From: an uncultured Gemmatimonadales bacterium
GTDB taxonomy: Bacteria > Gemmatimonadota > Gemmatimonadetes > Gemmatimonadales > GWC2-71-9
Length of the DNA stretch: 64,000 bases
Assembly: GCA_963771275.1 (NCBI GenBank)
Contig: CAVYSW010000003.1
Span: 128,001-192,000 of the forward strand
Direction: 5' to 3'
The position numbers were made by a program, and so were the translations under genes. Shown in pieces: positions 1 to 11,280 of the stretch; position 1 is the first letter of the stretch; each line of letters begins with the position of its first letter. The notes beneath the pieces are model-generated. The model was not told where the DNA came from and made no database searches. It worked only from the letters and a program-made list of their open reading frames with translations.

Positions 1-3000
1 GCGCACCGTCACCACCCGGTCGCCGTTCGCGGTCCCCAGCGTCACCGTGATCGTGCGGGCCTCCGCGGCGCGGGCGTTCTCGATCAGGTTGATCAGCACT
101 TCCTTGAGCTCGTCCCGCCGCGCGCGCACGACCACCGGCGCGTCGGCTTCCACGCCCACGCCGGGCCCGGCCGCCAGGGCGTAGAGCGCCGCGGTGTCGC
201 GCGCCACCTCGACCGCGTCCACGCGGCCCAGGGGCTCCGCGCCGGAGGGCGGCGCGCCGAACCGCGAGAACGCCCGGGCGATCGCGTCGAGTCGCTCGAT
301 CTCGGCGAGGATCTGCCGGCTCGTCCGGTCCAGCACGTCGCGGTAGTCGCCGCGCGGCGCGTCGTACGCGCGGCGCAGGTGCTGCACGCCGAGCCGGATG
401 GGCGTGAGCGGATTCTTGATCTCGTGGGCGATCTGCCGCGCCAGCTCGCCCCAGGCGAGCACGCGCACCGCGCGCGCCAGATCGGTGACGTCGTCGAGCG
501 CCACGACCCAGCCACTCGCCGCGCCGGTGAGGGGCGCCACCTGCGCGCGGATCTGCCGCTCGTCGGGGCTGAACTCGCGCGGCTCGTCGTTGCTCCGCCC
601 CTCCGCCACGGCGCGCACCCAGGTCCAGAGCGGCTGCCACGCGGCGCCGGTGAGCGGCTCGACGGCTGCTCCCGCCGTGAGCGGCTGCCCCAGAATCTCG
701 TCCGCCCGCGGGTTCGAGATCACCACGACCAGCGCATCATCCAGGGCCACCACGCCCGTGGCGACGTTGCGCAGCACCGCCGCCGTCCGCTGGCGCTGGG
801 CTTCCAGCGCAGCCCGCGACGCGTGCACGTCCCGCGCCATCCGGTCGAACGCGTCCATCACCGGCACGAACTCGCCGGGCGCGTCCGGCCCGATCGGCGA
901 CGGCAGCTCGCCGCGACGCACCTGCTCGGCCGCGGCCCGCAGGGCCTGGACCGGCCGGGCCAGGGTCCGCGCCGCCAGCGTCGCCAAGGCGACCGCCGCC
1001 GCCAACCCACCGAGCGTGATCAGCAGCAGGCCGAACACCAGGTCCTGCTCGCTCCGCACCAGCCCGGGGTCGTCGAGCAGGCGCGGCGCGCCAAGCACCA
1101 GCGCGTCGTCCACGGCGCCGCTGATCGCCCGATACCCGACCCGCGTCGGGCGTCCCGCTATCCGCTGGTCGACGGCCAGCTCGATCTCGTCACCCGTCGT
1201 GAGCGCGCGCTCCACCACGGGCGCGAGATACCAATCGAGCACCCCCAGGTCGGCGAGCACGGGCGAGCTGGCCTGGCGCAGCTGCCCCTCCTCGTAGAAC
1301 AGCAGGTCGGCGTTGAGGCGCACCGCCGCGTCGCGCAGCACCTCACCCGCGAGCGCCCCCGGCATGGCAGCGAACTCGCGCACCGACCCGGCCGCGTCCG
1401 CCAGCGTCTGGCGGATCAGAATGTCGCGCGTGCGCCGCGCCTCCAGGCCGAGGCGCGTGGCTGTCCACGCGCTATAGCCCACCGTGGGCACGACGAAGAA
1501 GACCGCGAAGGCCACCCCGAGCCGGCCGCGGTACGAGCGCGCGCGGACGTAGTCTCCCACGGCCCGCGGGAGCTGGAGCTGGCCGGCGATCCCCTGCGCC
1601 ACCAGCCAGAGGAGTCCCACCACCGCCAGGTCCAGCACGAGGACCAGGGCGCCCCGCACCATCTGGCCGAGTGGGCTCCCCAGCGAGACCACCGCGTGGA
1701 GGTGGCGCGGGCCGTCCGGAAACACGAGGTGCGCGTCGCCCCGCGCGACCCAGCCGTCGCGCCGCCATGTCACCCCGCCGCTGGTGGCCGTGTCGGGCTC
1801 CGCCACGACGTCGGAGAGCGTCAGCGTGTACGGAGCGGCGAGCGTACCCTCGCCCCGCAGGAACCGGGCGACGCGCACCGGCTCGATCAGGCGCGATCGC
1901 GGACCGAGACCGACGGTGACCGCCGAGCCGTCGGGAAACGGCACCGACAGCACGAACAGGTGCCCGGGCACGCTCGGCACTTCCGTGACGGCGGGAACGT
2001 GGCGATCGCCGGCGACGAGCGCGACGCGCTGCAGCACCGAGTCGGCCAGCGGCAGGGCTGCGAGATCGAGCCGCGACTGGAGATCCCCGTGCAGCCACAC
2101 CGCCAGCACCGCCGGGTAGCGATCCGCTTCCAGCGCCGAGCGACTCCAGCGGCTGTACAGCTCTCCGGTCGTCCGCGGGGCCGCCTCCTCCTGGAGGCTC
2201 GCGCCGAAGCGCTCGAGCAGGCCCACCGCGACCGGGTCACTGCCCTGCCGCAGCCCGGCGGCGTCCCGCTCGGCCAGCAGGATCCGGCCGTCTGCGGCGT
2301 CGCCCCACGTCAGCACCGCCGCCAGGGCGCCCGCCACCAGCCCGATGAGCGGAACCGCCCGGCCGGGCGTGGCCGGCGCGCCCGCCAGGACGAGGGCCGG
2401 CAGCCACAGAAGCGCATACCACACCGGCCAGTCATGCCCCGGCACCCAGCGCCACAGGTACAGGAGGGTCACCGCGACCGCCCACACGCCTCCCAGCAGC
2501 GGCATCCATCTCGGCAGCCCCCGCGGCACGACTCGCCGGAGCAACACGCCGCCGAACACGAGCAGCGCCGCCCCGGCGATCGCGAGCGCAACTTGCCACT
2601 GCAGCCACAGCGTCAGGTCGATGCCGTCCATCGGCGGGGTGATCGCGTCGCCCAGGCGGATGAGCACCGGTGGCACGGCCAGCGCGACCAGCACGCCTCC
2701 GATGGCGCCCCAGCGCGGCACCCGGCCCGCCCGCCACAGCAGCGCGCCCGCCACAAGCGCCAACGACGCCGTCGCCAGCAGAGCACCGGCCGACGTCGAC
2801 GCGGGCCCGAGCATCTCCGTGAAGAACGTGGCCGGTGAGAACAGCCGGCCGAACGGCGCATGGTGGCCCGCCGAGGTGAGCACGAGCAGCGCCGCCAGCG
2901 CCGCCGCGCCACCCATGCGCATGAGCGGTCCCGCGAACAACAGGAGGCTCACCAGCAGCAGAACGGTGGCCCCCGCCACCCAGCCCGATCCCCGGTCGAG

Positions 3001-3825
3001 CGCCGCGAGCTTCACGGCCCCCTGGGTCGGCGAGACCAGTCGCACGCTGAACAACGTGTCGGGTTTGACGTCCCGCGCGCCGCAGGCGGGTACGCAATAG
3101 TCGAACACGTCCGCCCAGTACGGCCCACGGCCGGCGGGATAGAACTCGAGCCCGACGCCCGTGGCGCGCTGGAACTGCGTGCCGAGCGTCCGGTTCCGGT
3201 CGGGGATGGCACTGTCGGCGCTGAGCACGACGTGGGCGACCGTGAACATCCCGTCCGGCCCCTGGCGACCGGCGGAGAGAATCGCGTAGAATGGGGTGAT
3301 GCGAGTCTCGAGACCGGCGATGGGACGCGGCGACAGGCGGTGCCGACCAGCCCAGGCCCATGGCCTGCCCTCGGCATCGAACACCACGACGCCCCGTTCC
3401 GGCCCCGCACCGCGTCCGGCGTCCGCCAGTGCGGCGAAGGCCCGGCCGCGGTGCCCGCCGGACGCGGCGACACCCGCGTCGGCGAGCCGCCGGACGAGGC
3501 CCACGGCATCGGCGAGGTCCCTGTTCAGGCGCTTGCCGGCGGCCTCCACCAGCCGCCAGTGGATGCCCGTGGAGTCGCCGCCCCAGGTTGTCTCGATCTG
3601 CTCCACCTGGCGCGCGGTGTGGACCGCGCCCCCGGCGCCGGCGACCGCGATGCCGGCCAGCACCAGAGCCACGAACGGCCGGGAACGCGCCACCAGGACG
3701 GCCGCCCCGAGCCCGGCGACCCCCGCGGCCACCCCGATCGCGAAACCGGGGTGCGCCAGCCACGCGGCCAGCAGGATGGCGGCCACCGCGGCGGCGAGTT
3801 CCCAATGAGCGACACGAGCGGCCAC
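1..3825 (-). CDS. Large multi-TM sensor histidine kinase (NtrY-like: HAMP/PAS, HisKA, HATPase); 3' end runs off the window
   Basis: Not in the ORF track because its stop is outside the window. Manual translation gives H-box AWGELARQIAHEIKNPLTP (~400-460) and N-box LKEVLINLIENA (~70-110), with many hydrophobic segments. Candidate GTG at 3825 with GGGGAG upstream; start uncertain. Confidence 0.85.
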   Translation of the reverse strand, partial: MAARVAHWELAAAVAAILLAAWLAHPGFAIGVAAGVAGLGAAVLVARSRPFVALVLAGIAVAGAGGAVHTARQVEQIETTWGGDSTGIHWRLVEAAGKRLNRDLADAVGLVRRLADAGVAASGGHRGRAFAALADAGRGAGPERGVVVFDAEGRPWAWAGRHRLSPRPIAGLETRITPFYAILSAGRQGPDGMFTVAHVVLSADSAIPDRNRTLGTQFQRATGVGLEFYPAGRGPYWADVFDYCVPACGARDVKPDTLFSVRLVSPTQGAVKLAALDRGSGWVAGATVLLLVSLLLFAGPLMRMGGAAALAALLVLTSAGHHAPFGRLFSPATFFTEMLGPASTSAGALLATASLALVAGALLWRAGRVPRWGAIGGVLVALAVPPVLIRLGDAITPPMDGIDLTLWLQWQVALAIAGAALLVFGGVLLRRVVPRGLPRWMPLLGGVWAVAVTLLYLWRWVPGHDWPVWYALLWLPALVLAGAPATPGRAVPLIGLVAGALAAVLTWGDAADGRILLAERDAAGLRQGSDPVAVGLLERFGASLQEEAAPRTTGELYSRWSRSALEADRYPAVLAVWLHGDLQSRLDLAALPLADSVLQRVALVAGDRHVPAVTEVPSVPGHLFVLSVPFPDGSAVTVGLGPRSRLIEPVRVARFLRGEGTLAAPYTLTLSDVVAEPDTATSGGVTWRRDGWVARGDAHLVFPDGPRHLHAVVSLGSPLGQMVRGALVLVLDLAVVGLLWLVAQGIAGQLQLPRAVGDYVRARSYRGRLGVAFAVFFVVPTVGYSAWTATRLGLEARRTRDILIRQTLADAAGSVREFAAMPGALAGEVLRDAAVRLNADLLFYEEGQLRQASSPVLADLGVLDWYLAPVVERALTTGDEIELAVDQRIAGRPTRVGYRAISGAVDDALVLGAPRLLDDPGLVRSEQDLVFGLLLITLGGLAAAVALATLAARTLARPVQALRAAAEQVRRGELPSPIGPDAPGEFVPVMDAFDRMARDVHASRAALEAQRQRTAAVLRNVATGVVALDDALVVVISNPRADEILGQPLTAGAAVEPLTGAAWQPLWTWVRAVAEGRSNDEPREFSPDERQIRAQVAPLTGAASGWVVALDDVTDLARAVRVLAWGELARQIAHEIKNPLTPIRLGVQHLRRAYDAPRGDYRDVLDRTSRQILAEIERLDAIARAFSRFGAPPSGAEPLGRVDAVEVARDTAALYALAAGPGVGVEADAPVVVRARRDELKEVLINLIENARAAEARTITVTLGTANGDRVVTVR

Positions 3826-4557
3826 GGCACTCCCCTGCGGCTCAAGTTCCTGCGGCCGGGCGAGGTCCGGGACATTCTGGCCCGCGACCCGCGGCTCATC
3901 ATCCCGGTCGGCACCACCGAGCAGCACGGCCCGCATCTGCCGCTCGGGGCAGACACCCTGCTGGTCGAGCGGTTGGCCGACGACCTCTCGGCGGAGTTCG
4001 GCGTGCTCCGGGCGCCGACCGTGGAATATGGCGTAAATGCACGGACGCGCACGCCCTACCCGGGAAACGCGTCGCTGCGGCGCAAGACCCTGCACCGCTT
4101 CATGAACGACTTGGTCGGCTCGTGGGAAGAGAGCGGGGTGCGGCAGTTCATCATTCTCACCGCGCACGGCCACGACCCGCATCAGGAGGCCCTCAGCACG
4201 CTGCGCACCACGCACGCCACGATCCGCACGGTGGACATCTTCACGGCCCAGCTCGACGGGGAGGATGCCGGTCTGCCGATTCACGGCGGCGCGCTCGACA
4301 CGTCGCTCGTCATGTTCGTGGGCCGGGACCTCGTGCAGCTGGAGCACGCGCAGGACTACCTGCCATCCGCGCGCCGGCTGCGCGCGTGGTACCGGCGCGG
4401 CGGCCGCAGCGTCCCGCCGGAGGGGCCCGGGTCGGTGGGGCACCCGACGCGGGCGTCAGTTGAGGCCGGGGGGCATCTGTACGATCTTATCTATGAGCGG
4501 ATCGCGACCCGGGTCTTCGGGCGCGCGCCGCACCCCACACCGACCGCGAGGCCGTGA
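3805..4557 (+). CDS. Creatininase family protein
   Basis: IIPVGTTEQHGPHLPLGAD, AHGH and HGG..DTS motifs; ATG at 3805 inside the longer listed ORF. Confidence 0.85.
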   Translation: MSDTSGHGTPLRLKFLRPGEVRDILARDPRLIIPVGTTEQHGPHLPLGADTLLVERLADDLSAEFGVLRAPTVEYGVNARTRTPYPGNASLRRKTLHRFMNDLVGSWEESGVRQFIILTAHGHDPHQEALSTLRTTHATIRTVDIFTAQLDGEDAGLPIHGGALDTSLVMFVGRDLVQLEHAQDYLPSARRLRAWYRRGGRSVPPEGPGSVGHPTRASVEAGGHLYDLIYERIATRVFGRAPHPTPTARP

Positions 4558-5135
4558 TGCGCCGTCTGTCGCTGGCACTGCTTCTGCCGTCCCTCGCCCT
4601 CCCGGCCCAGGGGCGGGCGCAGCAGCCCGAGCGGGACGGCGGCCGGCTCGTCGTGCGGCAGGGAGGGATGATCATCGGGCAGGAAGACTTCACCCTCGAG
4701 CGCGTGGAGGGCGGCCTCAACCTGATCGTCACCGCTAGCTACCCGCCCGCGGTGCCGAACCGGGTGATCGCCTCGTTCGGGGCGCGGCGCATCACTGTCC
4801 GGCAGGCGTCGGACGGCACCGAAGTGGCCCGTGAGTACCCGGGCGGCGCGCGCAGCCTCGTGGTGGCGGATCGCGCCTTGGCGCTGTACGCCGTGGCGGG
4901 GGGCATGACACCGGGGCCGCTGACGGTCCACGGGTTGGGGATCCCGGGTCGGGAATCCGGTACCCTCGAGGATCGGGGACGCGAGCCCTTTCCGGGACCC
5001 GACAGCACCATGGCGCGGCGCATGGCGCTCCGTACCGGGGGCGGGCAAGTCGAGCTGTGGTACGACGGCGCCGGCCGCCTGCTACGCATCGCCGTTCCCG
5101 CAAAGGACTTGACTGCCGAGCGGGAGGTCCGATAG
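4554..5135 (+). CDS. Exported hypothetical protein
   Basis: Signal peptide (MRRLSLALLLPSLALPAQGRA); overlaps the upstream stop codon. Confidence 0.7.
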   Translation: MMRRLSLALLLPSLALPAQGRAQQPERDGGRLVVRQGGMIIGQEDFTLERVEGGLNLIVTASYPPAVPNRVIASFGARRITVRQASDGTEVAREYPGGARSLVVADRALALYAVAGGMTPGPLTVHGLGIPGRESGTLEDRGREPFPGPDSTMARRMALRTGGGQVELWYDGAGRLLRIAVPAKDLTAEREVR

Positions 5136-5234
5136 CCCGCAGCGCCACCGCTGTCCCAGCTTGAAACTTTCCATCCCGACGCGCGTACGTTCCCCGGAAT
5201 CCGCATGGTAATACCACGTCCAAGGACAGGCTCA

Positions 5235-6731
5235 ATGCGTTCACTCGCCATCGCTGCCCTGCTGCTAGGGACGGCCGTGACAGCCACTGCCGCCCAGCAA
5301 CCCGTGCTCCCGTCCGTCCCGCAGACGCTGCGGCTCGAGGAGGCGGTTGAGCTCGCGACCCGCAACAACCCGTCGTACCGCCAGGTCACCAATGACCGGG
5401 GGGCGGCCGTGTGGGGGGTGCGCAACGCCTACTCGGAGCTGTTCCTCCCGTCGCTCAGCGCGAGCACCGGATTCAACTACCGCGGGGCGGGGTCCCAGAC
5501 GTTCCTGACGCAGGAGTTCAGCCAGGCGTCGAGCACGATCGGCTCGATCTATCAGCTGGGCCTGAGCTGGCAGCTCTCCGGCGCGACGCTTGCGCAGCCG
5601 GGACTCGCCAAGGCGCAGCTCCGGGCGACGGACGCGGCGATCGAGGGGGCGGGCATCAGCCTCCGCGCCACGATCACCCAGCAGTATCTCGCCGTGCTCC
5701 AGGCACAGGAACAGGTCACCCTCGCGCAGTCCCAGCTCACGCGGAACGACGAGTTCCTCCGTCTGGCCCAGGCGCGCTTCCAGGTGGGGCAGGCCACGAT
5801 GCTCGACGTGCGGCAGGCGGAAGTCGCCAAGGGCCAGGCCGAGGTGAGCCTGCTCCAAGCCCGTCAGGGCGTGATCGTCGAGAAGCTGCGGCTGTTTCAG
5901 CAGATCGGGGTCCCGGCCCCGGAGGATCCCAACGTGGTGACGCTGCCGGACACGTTCCCGGTGGTCGAGCCCACGTGGACGCTGCGCGACCTGTTGCAGT
6001 CCGCCGAGGAGGGGAACCCGGACGTCGCGGCGCTGCGCGCCCAGGCGGCGGCCGCCCGATCGAGCGAGCACTCGGCCCGGTCACAGTGGTTCCCCACGCT
6101 GAGCTTCTCGGCCGGGTGGTCAGGGTTCACGCAGCGGTACACCAACGGCGACCCGACCTTCCTGCTGGCCAACGCCCGGGCGTCCGCAGCGGCCGGCATC
6201 ACGCAGTGCGACTATGCCAACGCCAATTTCCTCAACGCGGGGTCGACGCCACTCGACTGCTCGGCCTACGCGCTGACGACGGCCGAGGAGCAGGCGATTC
6301 TCGACGCGAACACGAAGTTCCCGTTCCGGTTCTCCTCGCAGCCGTTCTCGGCGAGCATTTCGATCTCGCTGCCGATCTTCACGCAATTCGGGCGTCCCGC
6401 GCGGATCGCGGAGGCCGCCCAGCAGGCAGATGACGCGCAAGAGCAGGTCGAGGCGCGGCGGCTGCAGGTGCGGACCGACGTGAGCCAGGCGTACTACGGC
6501 ATTCAGGCGGCCTACCAGGCGATCGGCATTCAGGCGACGAACAAGGTCGCGGCGCAGGAGCAGCTGCGCCTCGCCACCGAGCGGTATCGGGTGGGCTCGG
6601 GCACGTTCTTCGAGCTGCTGGACGCCCAGCTCGCGGCCCAGCGGGCCGACGGGGACTACATTAACGCCATCTACGCATACCACCGTTCGGTCGCGTCCCT
6701 CGAGGCGGCGGTCGGGCGGCCCTTGCGCTAA
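5235..6731 (+). CDS. TolC family outer membrane efflux protein
   Basis: Signal peptide, LRLEEAVELA, two OEP repeats, ERYRVGSGTFFELLDAQ; first gene of an efflux operon. Confidence 0.9.
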   Translation: MRSLAIAALLLGTAVTATAAQQPVLPSVPQTLRLEEAVELATRNNPSYRQVTNDRGAAVWGVRNAYSELFLPSLSASTGFNYRGAGSQTFLTQEFSQASSTIGSIYQLGLSWQLSGATLAQPGLAKAQLRATDAAIEGAGISLRATITQQYLAVLQAQEQVTLAQSQLTRNDEFLRLAQARFQVGQATMLDVRQAEVAKGQAEVSLLQARQGVIVEKLRLFQQIGVPAPEDPNVVTLPDTFPVVEPTWTLRDLLQSAEEGNPDVAALRAQAAAARSSEHSARSQWFPTLSFSAGWSGFTQRYTNGDPTFLLANARASAAAGITQCDYANANFLNAGSTPLDCSAYALTTAEEQAILDANTKFPFRFSSQPFSASISISLPIFTQFGRPARIAEAAQQADDAQEQVEARRLQVRTDVSQAYYGIQAAYQAIGIQATNKVAAQEQLRLATERYRVGSGTFFELLDAQLAAQRADGDYINAIYAYHRSVASLEAAVGRPLR

Positions 6732-6752
6732 CAACCGGAGCGGAACGCTGTT

Positions 6753-8005
6753 ATGGCTCGGAAAAAGTGGATCATCGGCGCAGTGATCGTGGTGGTCGTG
6801 GTCGGCGCGGTCGGCGCGAAGCTGGCGCGGGGCGGCAACAAGGGCGCGGAGGTCCGGCTCGAGACCGTGGCCCGGCGCGACTTGGTCGCCACCGTCACGG
6901 CGAGCGGGAAGATCAAGCCGAAGACCAAGGTGGACATCAGCGCCGACATCACGGGCCGGATCATCGAGCTGCCCGTGGTCGAGGGGCAGCGGGTTCACAA
7001 GGGTGATCTGCTGATCCGGATCGACCCCTCCACCTTCGAGGCGTCCGTCGCCCGCGCCGAGGCGCTGCTGGCATCGGCCCAGGCCTCGGAGATCCAGAGC
7101 GTCGCGAATCGCGATCAGGCGGAGCGCAGCCTCGGCCGCTCCAAGGAGCTCCGCGCGCAGAGTCCCACCCTGGTCTCCGACGAGCAGCTCGAGCAGGCCC
7201 AGACCCAATTCGACGTCGCGGCGGCCATCGCGCTGTCGAGCCAGCGCCAGGTGGATCAGGCCCGCGCCGGCCTGCAGGAATCCCGGGATCAACTGGCCAA
7301 GACTGTGCTGCGCGCGCCGATGAACGGCCAGGTGACGCGCGTCGCCGTGGAAGCGGGCGAGGTGGCGGTCCCCGGGACGTTCTCGCGCGAGACCGGCCTG
7401 CTCATGACCGTCAGCGATCTGTCGGTGATCCAGGTCAACGTCCAGGTGGACGAGACCGACGTCGTCCGGCTCGCGCTCGGCGATTCGGCCGAGGTCACGA
7501 TCGACGCCTACCCGGACACGACGTTCTCGGGGCGGGTCACCAAGATCTCGCAGAGCTCCGTGTCGCTCGCCACGGCCGCCACGAGCAGCGACCGGGCCGT
7601 CGACTACAACGTCGAGGTGACCCTCGACAATCCGCCCCCCGACGTGCGGCCCGATCTCTCCGCCACGGCGAAGATCGTGACCGACACGCGGAAGGACGCG
7701 CTCAGCATCCCGATCATCGCGCTCACCGTGCGGGAGCACACGCCGATCTCCACCGAGACCGCGCCGCAGGATACCACCAAGGCGAAGAAGGAGACCGAGG
7801 GGGTGTTCGTGGTCCAGTCCGGCCTGGCGCAGTTCCGGCCGGTCAAGGTGGGCATTGCCGGCGAAGAGCACTTCGAGGTGCTCGAGGGACTGCAGCCCGG
7901 CGACTCGATCGTCGCCGGCCCGTACCAGGCGATCCGCGATCTCAAGGACAGCGTGCGCGTGCGCCCGTTGAAGCAGGGGCCGACGCCCGCGCCCGCGAGG
8001 GGCAC

Positions 8006-8009
<4 letters not shown>
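6753..8009 (+). CDS. MacA-like periplasmic adaptor (membrane fusion protein)
   Basis: N-terminal [33 protein letters not shown]. Confidence 0.9.
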
Positions 8010-8710
<701 letters not shown>

Positions 8711-8711
8711 C

Positions 8712-9956
8712 ATGCAGTTCCTCGAGGCAATCCGCCTCGCGCTCCAGACGATCTGGGCGCAGAAGATGAAGACGGCGTTCGCCGTGATCGGCGTGTTCAT
8801 CGCCGTCACGTTCCTGATCGCCGTCGTCTCGATCGTGCAGGGCATGAACGCGTACATGACGGACCGCTTCGCCGGCACGCTGCTGGGCGTGAACACATTC
8901 CACCTGCGGCGGTTCCCCAACTTCCAGACCGGCGAGATCACCGACTCGACCTGGCGCTCATGGATGCGCCGCCCGCGGATCCGCTACGCGGATGCGGAGG
9001 CCGTGGAGGCGGCGATCACGGTCCCGCACCTGTCGGCGTGGGAATCGGGCAATCGCGCGACGATCGAGTACCGCGGCAAGGTGGCCCGCGACATCGACGT
9101 CACGGCGGCGACCGAGCGCTACTTCGAGATCCGGAACCTGCCGATCGTCCTCGGGCGGCCGTTCAGCGCGCAGGAGGTCCGGGCGGGCACGCCGGTCGCG
9201 GTGCTCGGCTGGGAGCTGGCCGACCGCCTGTTCGAGGGGCGCGATCCGCTCGGCCGCGAGATCAAGATCCACGACATCCCCTACCGGGTGATCGGGGTCG
9301 TCGAGAAGCAGGGCAACCTGTTCGGCATCTCGCTCGACAAGTTCGTCGTCACGACGGCGTTCGCGCCCGCCAAGCGGTTCGTGAACCCGCCGGGCGTGGT
9401 GGACGCGCTGATCATCAAGACCGGCTCCCTGCCCGAGCTGCGGGCCGCCATCACGGAAGCCGAGGCGGCAATGCGCACGCGCCGCCATCTGCGGCCCACC
9501 GAGGGGAACAACTTCGCCATCGAGACCGCCGACGCGGTGCTCGACTTCTGGGGCAAGATCAACCGGGTGCTGATGATCGCCCTGCCGGGACTGGTCAGCA
9601 TCTCCCTGGTCGTGGGCGGCATCGTGATCATGAACATCATGCTCATGGCCGTGTCGGAGCGCACCCGGGAGATCGGCATTCGCAAATCGCTCGGCGCCCG
9701 GCGGCGCGACATCCTGAGCCAGTTCCTCGTCGAGTCCGCCACGATCGCCACGGTGGGGGCGGCGGTGGGCGTGGCCACCGGGCTCGCGGCGGCTGCGCTG
9801 ATCGACGCCACGACCCCGCTGCCCGCGGCGGTGGCGCCCTGGTCGATCGGCGTCGGCGTCGCGCTCGGCGCGGGCGTCGGCATGATCGCGGGGATCTATC
9901 CGGCGAGCCGGGCGTCGCGCCTCGACCCCATCACCGCCATCCGGCACGAGACATGA
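8712..9956 (+). CDS. ABC permease, MacB/FtsX family (paralog A)
   Basis: MacB periplasmic domain; VGGIVIMNIMLMAVSERTREIGIRKSLGA. Confidence 0.93.
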   Translation: MQFLEAIRLALQTIWAQKMKTAFAVIGVFIAVTFLIAVVSIVQGMNAYMTDRFAGTLLGVNTFHLRRFPNFQTGEITDSTWRSWMRRPRIRYADAEAVEAAITVPHLSAWESGNRATIEYRGKVARDIDVTAATERYFEIRNLPIVLGRPFSAQEVRAGTPVAVLGWELADRLFEGRDPLGREIKIHDIPYRVIGVVEKQGNLFGISLDKFVVTTAFAPAKRFVNPPGVVDALIIKTGSLPELRAAITEAEAAMRTRRHLRPTEGNNFAIETADAVLDFWGKINRVLMIALPGLVSISLVVGGIVIMNIMLMAVSERTREIGIRKSLGARRRDILSQFLVESATIATVGAAVGVATGLAAAALIDATTPLPAAVAPWSIGVGVALGAGVGMIAGIYPASRASRLDPITAIRHET

Positions 9957-11188
9957 TCGCCCTGTTCGAAGGCGTCGGGATCGCGATCGGCTCGCTGCGC
10001 GGCAACAAGATGCGCGCGGCGCTCACGATCCTCGGCATCGCGATCGGCGTGATGGTCGTGATGGTCATCGCGTCGCTCATCACCGGCATCAACCACAACG
10101 TCGCCCAGATCTTCGAGGAGGCCGGCACCCGGACGTTCTACGTGACCCGCTACTTCCAGGGCGGCATCGTGGTGAGCGACGGCTCCGACGAGATGAGCCC
10201 CTGGCGGCGGCGGCCGCACGTCACGCAGCAGGAGGCGGACCGGATCGCCCGGCTGCCGGCCGTGTCGTTCGTGGACGTCATCGAGTGGTGGGGCGCGTCG
10301 GGCGAGTACGCCGGCAAGTCGCTCGGCTCGGTCGGCATCGAAGGCCGTTCGGAGAACTGGCCGCGCGTCTCGGGCGGCGACATCTACCCCGGCCGCTCCT
10401 TCACGCGCATGGAAGCGCTGACCAACGCGCTCGTGGCGGTGATCACGCAGAAGATGGCCGACCGCCTCTTCGGCCAGGTCGACCCCGTGGGCAAGGTCAT
10501 CAAGCTGAACGGCTATCCGTTCGAGGTGATCGGCATGTACACGCCGCCGCCCAACCTGTTCGGCGACGGCGAGGGGCCACGGGCCATCATCCCGAACGGC
10601 ACGCTGAACAAGTACATCAAGCCGCAGCGGGGCTGGCTGCGGATCGCGGTGTCCCCGGTGGACAGTGTCACCGTCGCCGACGCGATCGACGAGGTCACGA
10701 TCGCGCTGCGCACGATGCGCGGCCTGCGCCCCGGTGAGGAGAGCAATTTCGACGTCATCACCCAGGACAAGCTGCTCGACACGTGGAACAAGGTCACCGG
10801 CATGTTCTTCCTGGTCATGCTGGTGCTGTCGGGCGTGGGGCTGATGGTGGGCGGGGTCGGCGTGGTCGCGATCATGATGATCTCGGTCACCGAGCGGACG
10901 CGCGAGATCGGCGTGCGCAAGGCCATGGGCGCCACCAAGCGGGAGATCCTCTGGCAATTCCTGGTGGAGGCCAGCACCCTCACGCTCGTCGGGGGTGCCG
11001 TCGGCATGGTCCTCGGGGGCGGCATCGCCTTCATCATCTCCAAGGTCACGCCGCTCCCCGCGTCGGTGCCGCTGTGGTCGGTCGTCGCGGCCCTCGGCGC
11101 CGCGGCGCTCACCGGGATCCTCTTCGGGATCTACCCGGCCGGCCGGGCGGCGCGGCTGGATCCGGTGGAAGCGCTGAGATACGAATGA
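9953..11188 (+). CDS. ABC permease, MacB/FtsX family (paralog B)
   Basis: ATGA overlap with paralog A; VGGVGVVAIMMISVTERTREIGVRKAMGA; ends LDPVEALRYE. Confidence 0.93.
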   Translation: MIALFEGVGIAIGSLRGNKMRAALTILGIAIGVMVVMVIASLITGINHNVAQIFEEAGTRTFYVTRYFQGGIVVSDGSDEMSPWRRRPHVTQQEADRIARLPAVSFVDVIEWWGASGEYAGKSLGSVGIEGRSENWPRVSGGDIYPGRSFTRMEALTNALVAVITQKMADRLFGQVDPVGKVIKLNGYPFEVIGMYTPPPNLFGDGEGPRAIIPNGTLNKYIKPQRGWLRIAVSPVDSVTVADAIDEVTIALRTMRGLRPGEESNFDVITQDKLLDTWNKVTGMFFLVMLVLSGVGLMVGGVGVVAIMMISVTERTREIGVRKAMGATKREILWQFLVEASTLTLVGGAVGMVLGGGIAFIISKVTPLPASVPLWSVVAALGAAALTGILFGIYPAGRAARLDPVEALRYE

Positions 11189-11262
11189 CCGTGTAGCGTC
11201 TAGCGTATCGCGTGTGGCGTGGCGCCAGCGGCTGCACGCCATACGCTGCACGCTGCACGATC
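11187..11262. repeat. Heptamer-array palindrome A
   Basis: gaccgtg tagcgtc tagcgta tcgcgtg tggcgtg / spacer / gcggctg cacgcca tacgctg cacgctg cacgatc. Confidence 0.9.
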
Positions 11263-11280
11263 CTTGTAGATTCCTCCTCT

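Noticed and set aside
379..2838. 819-aa plus-strand ORF and other long Arg/Pro/Ala-rich ORFs (31242-33845, 48173-51250, 53160-56075)
   Set aside because: Antisense shadow frames of real genes in high-GC DNA; no motifs.
5161..5191. TTGAAA...TACGTT promoter for tolC
   Set aside because: 19-nt spacer and no dyad to suggest MerR-type control; too weak to call.
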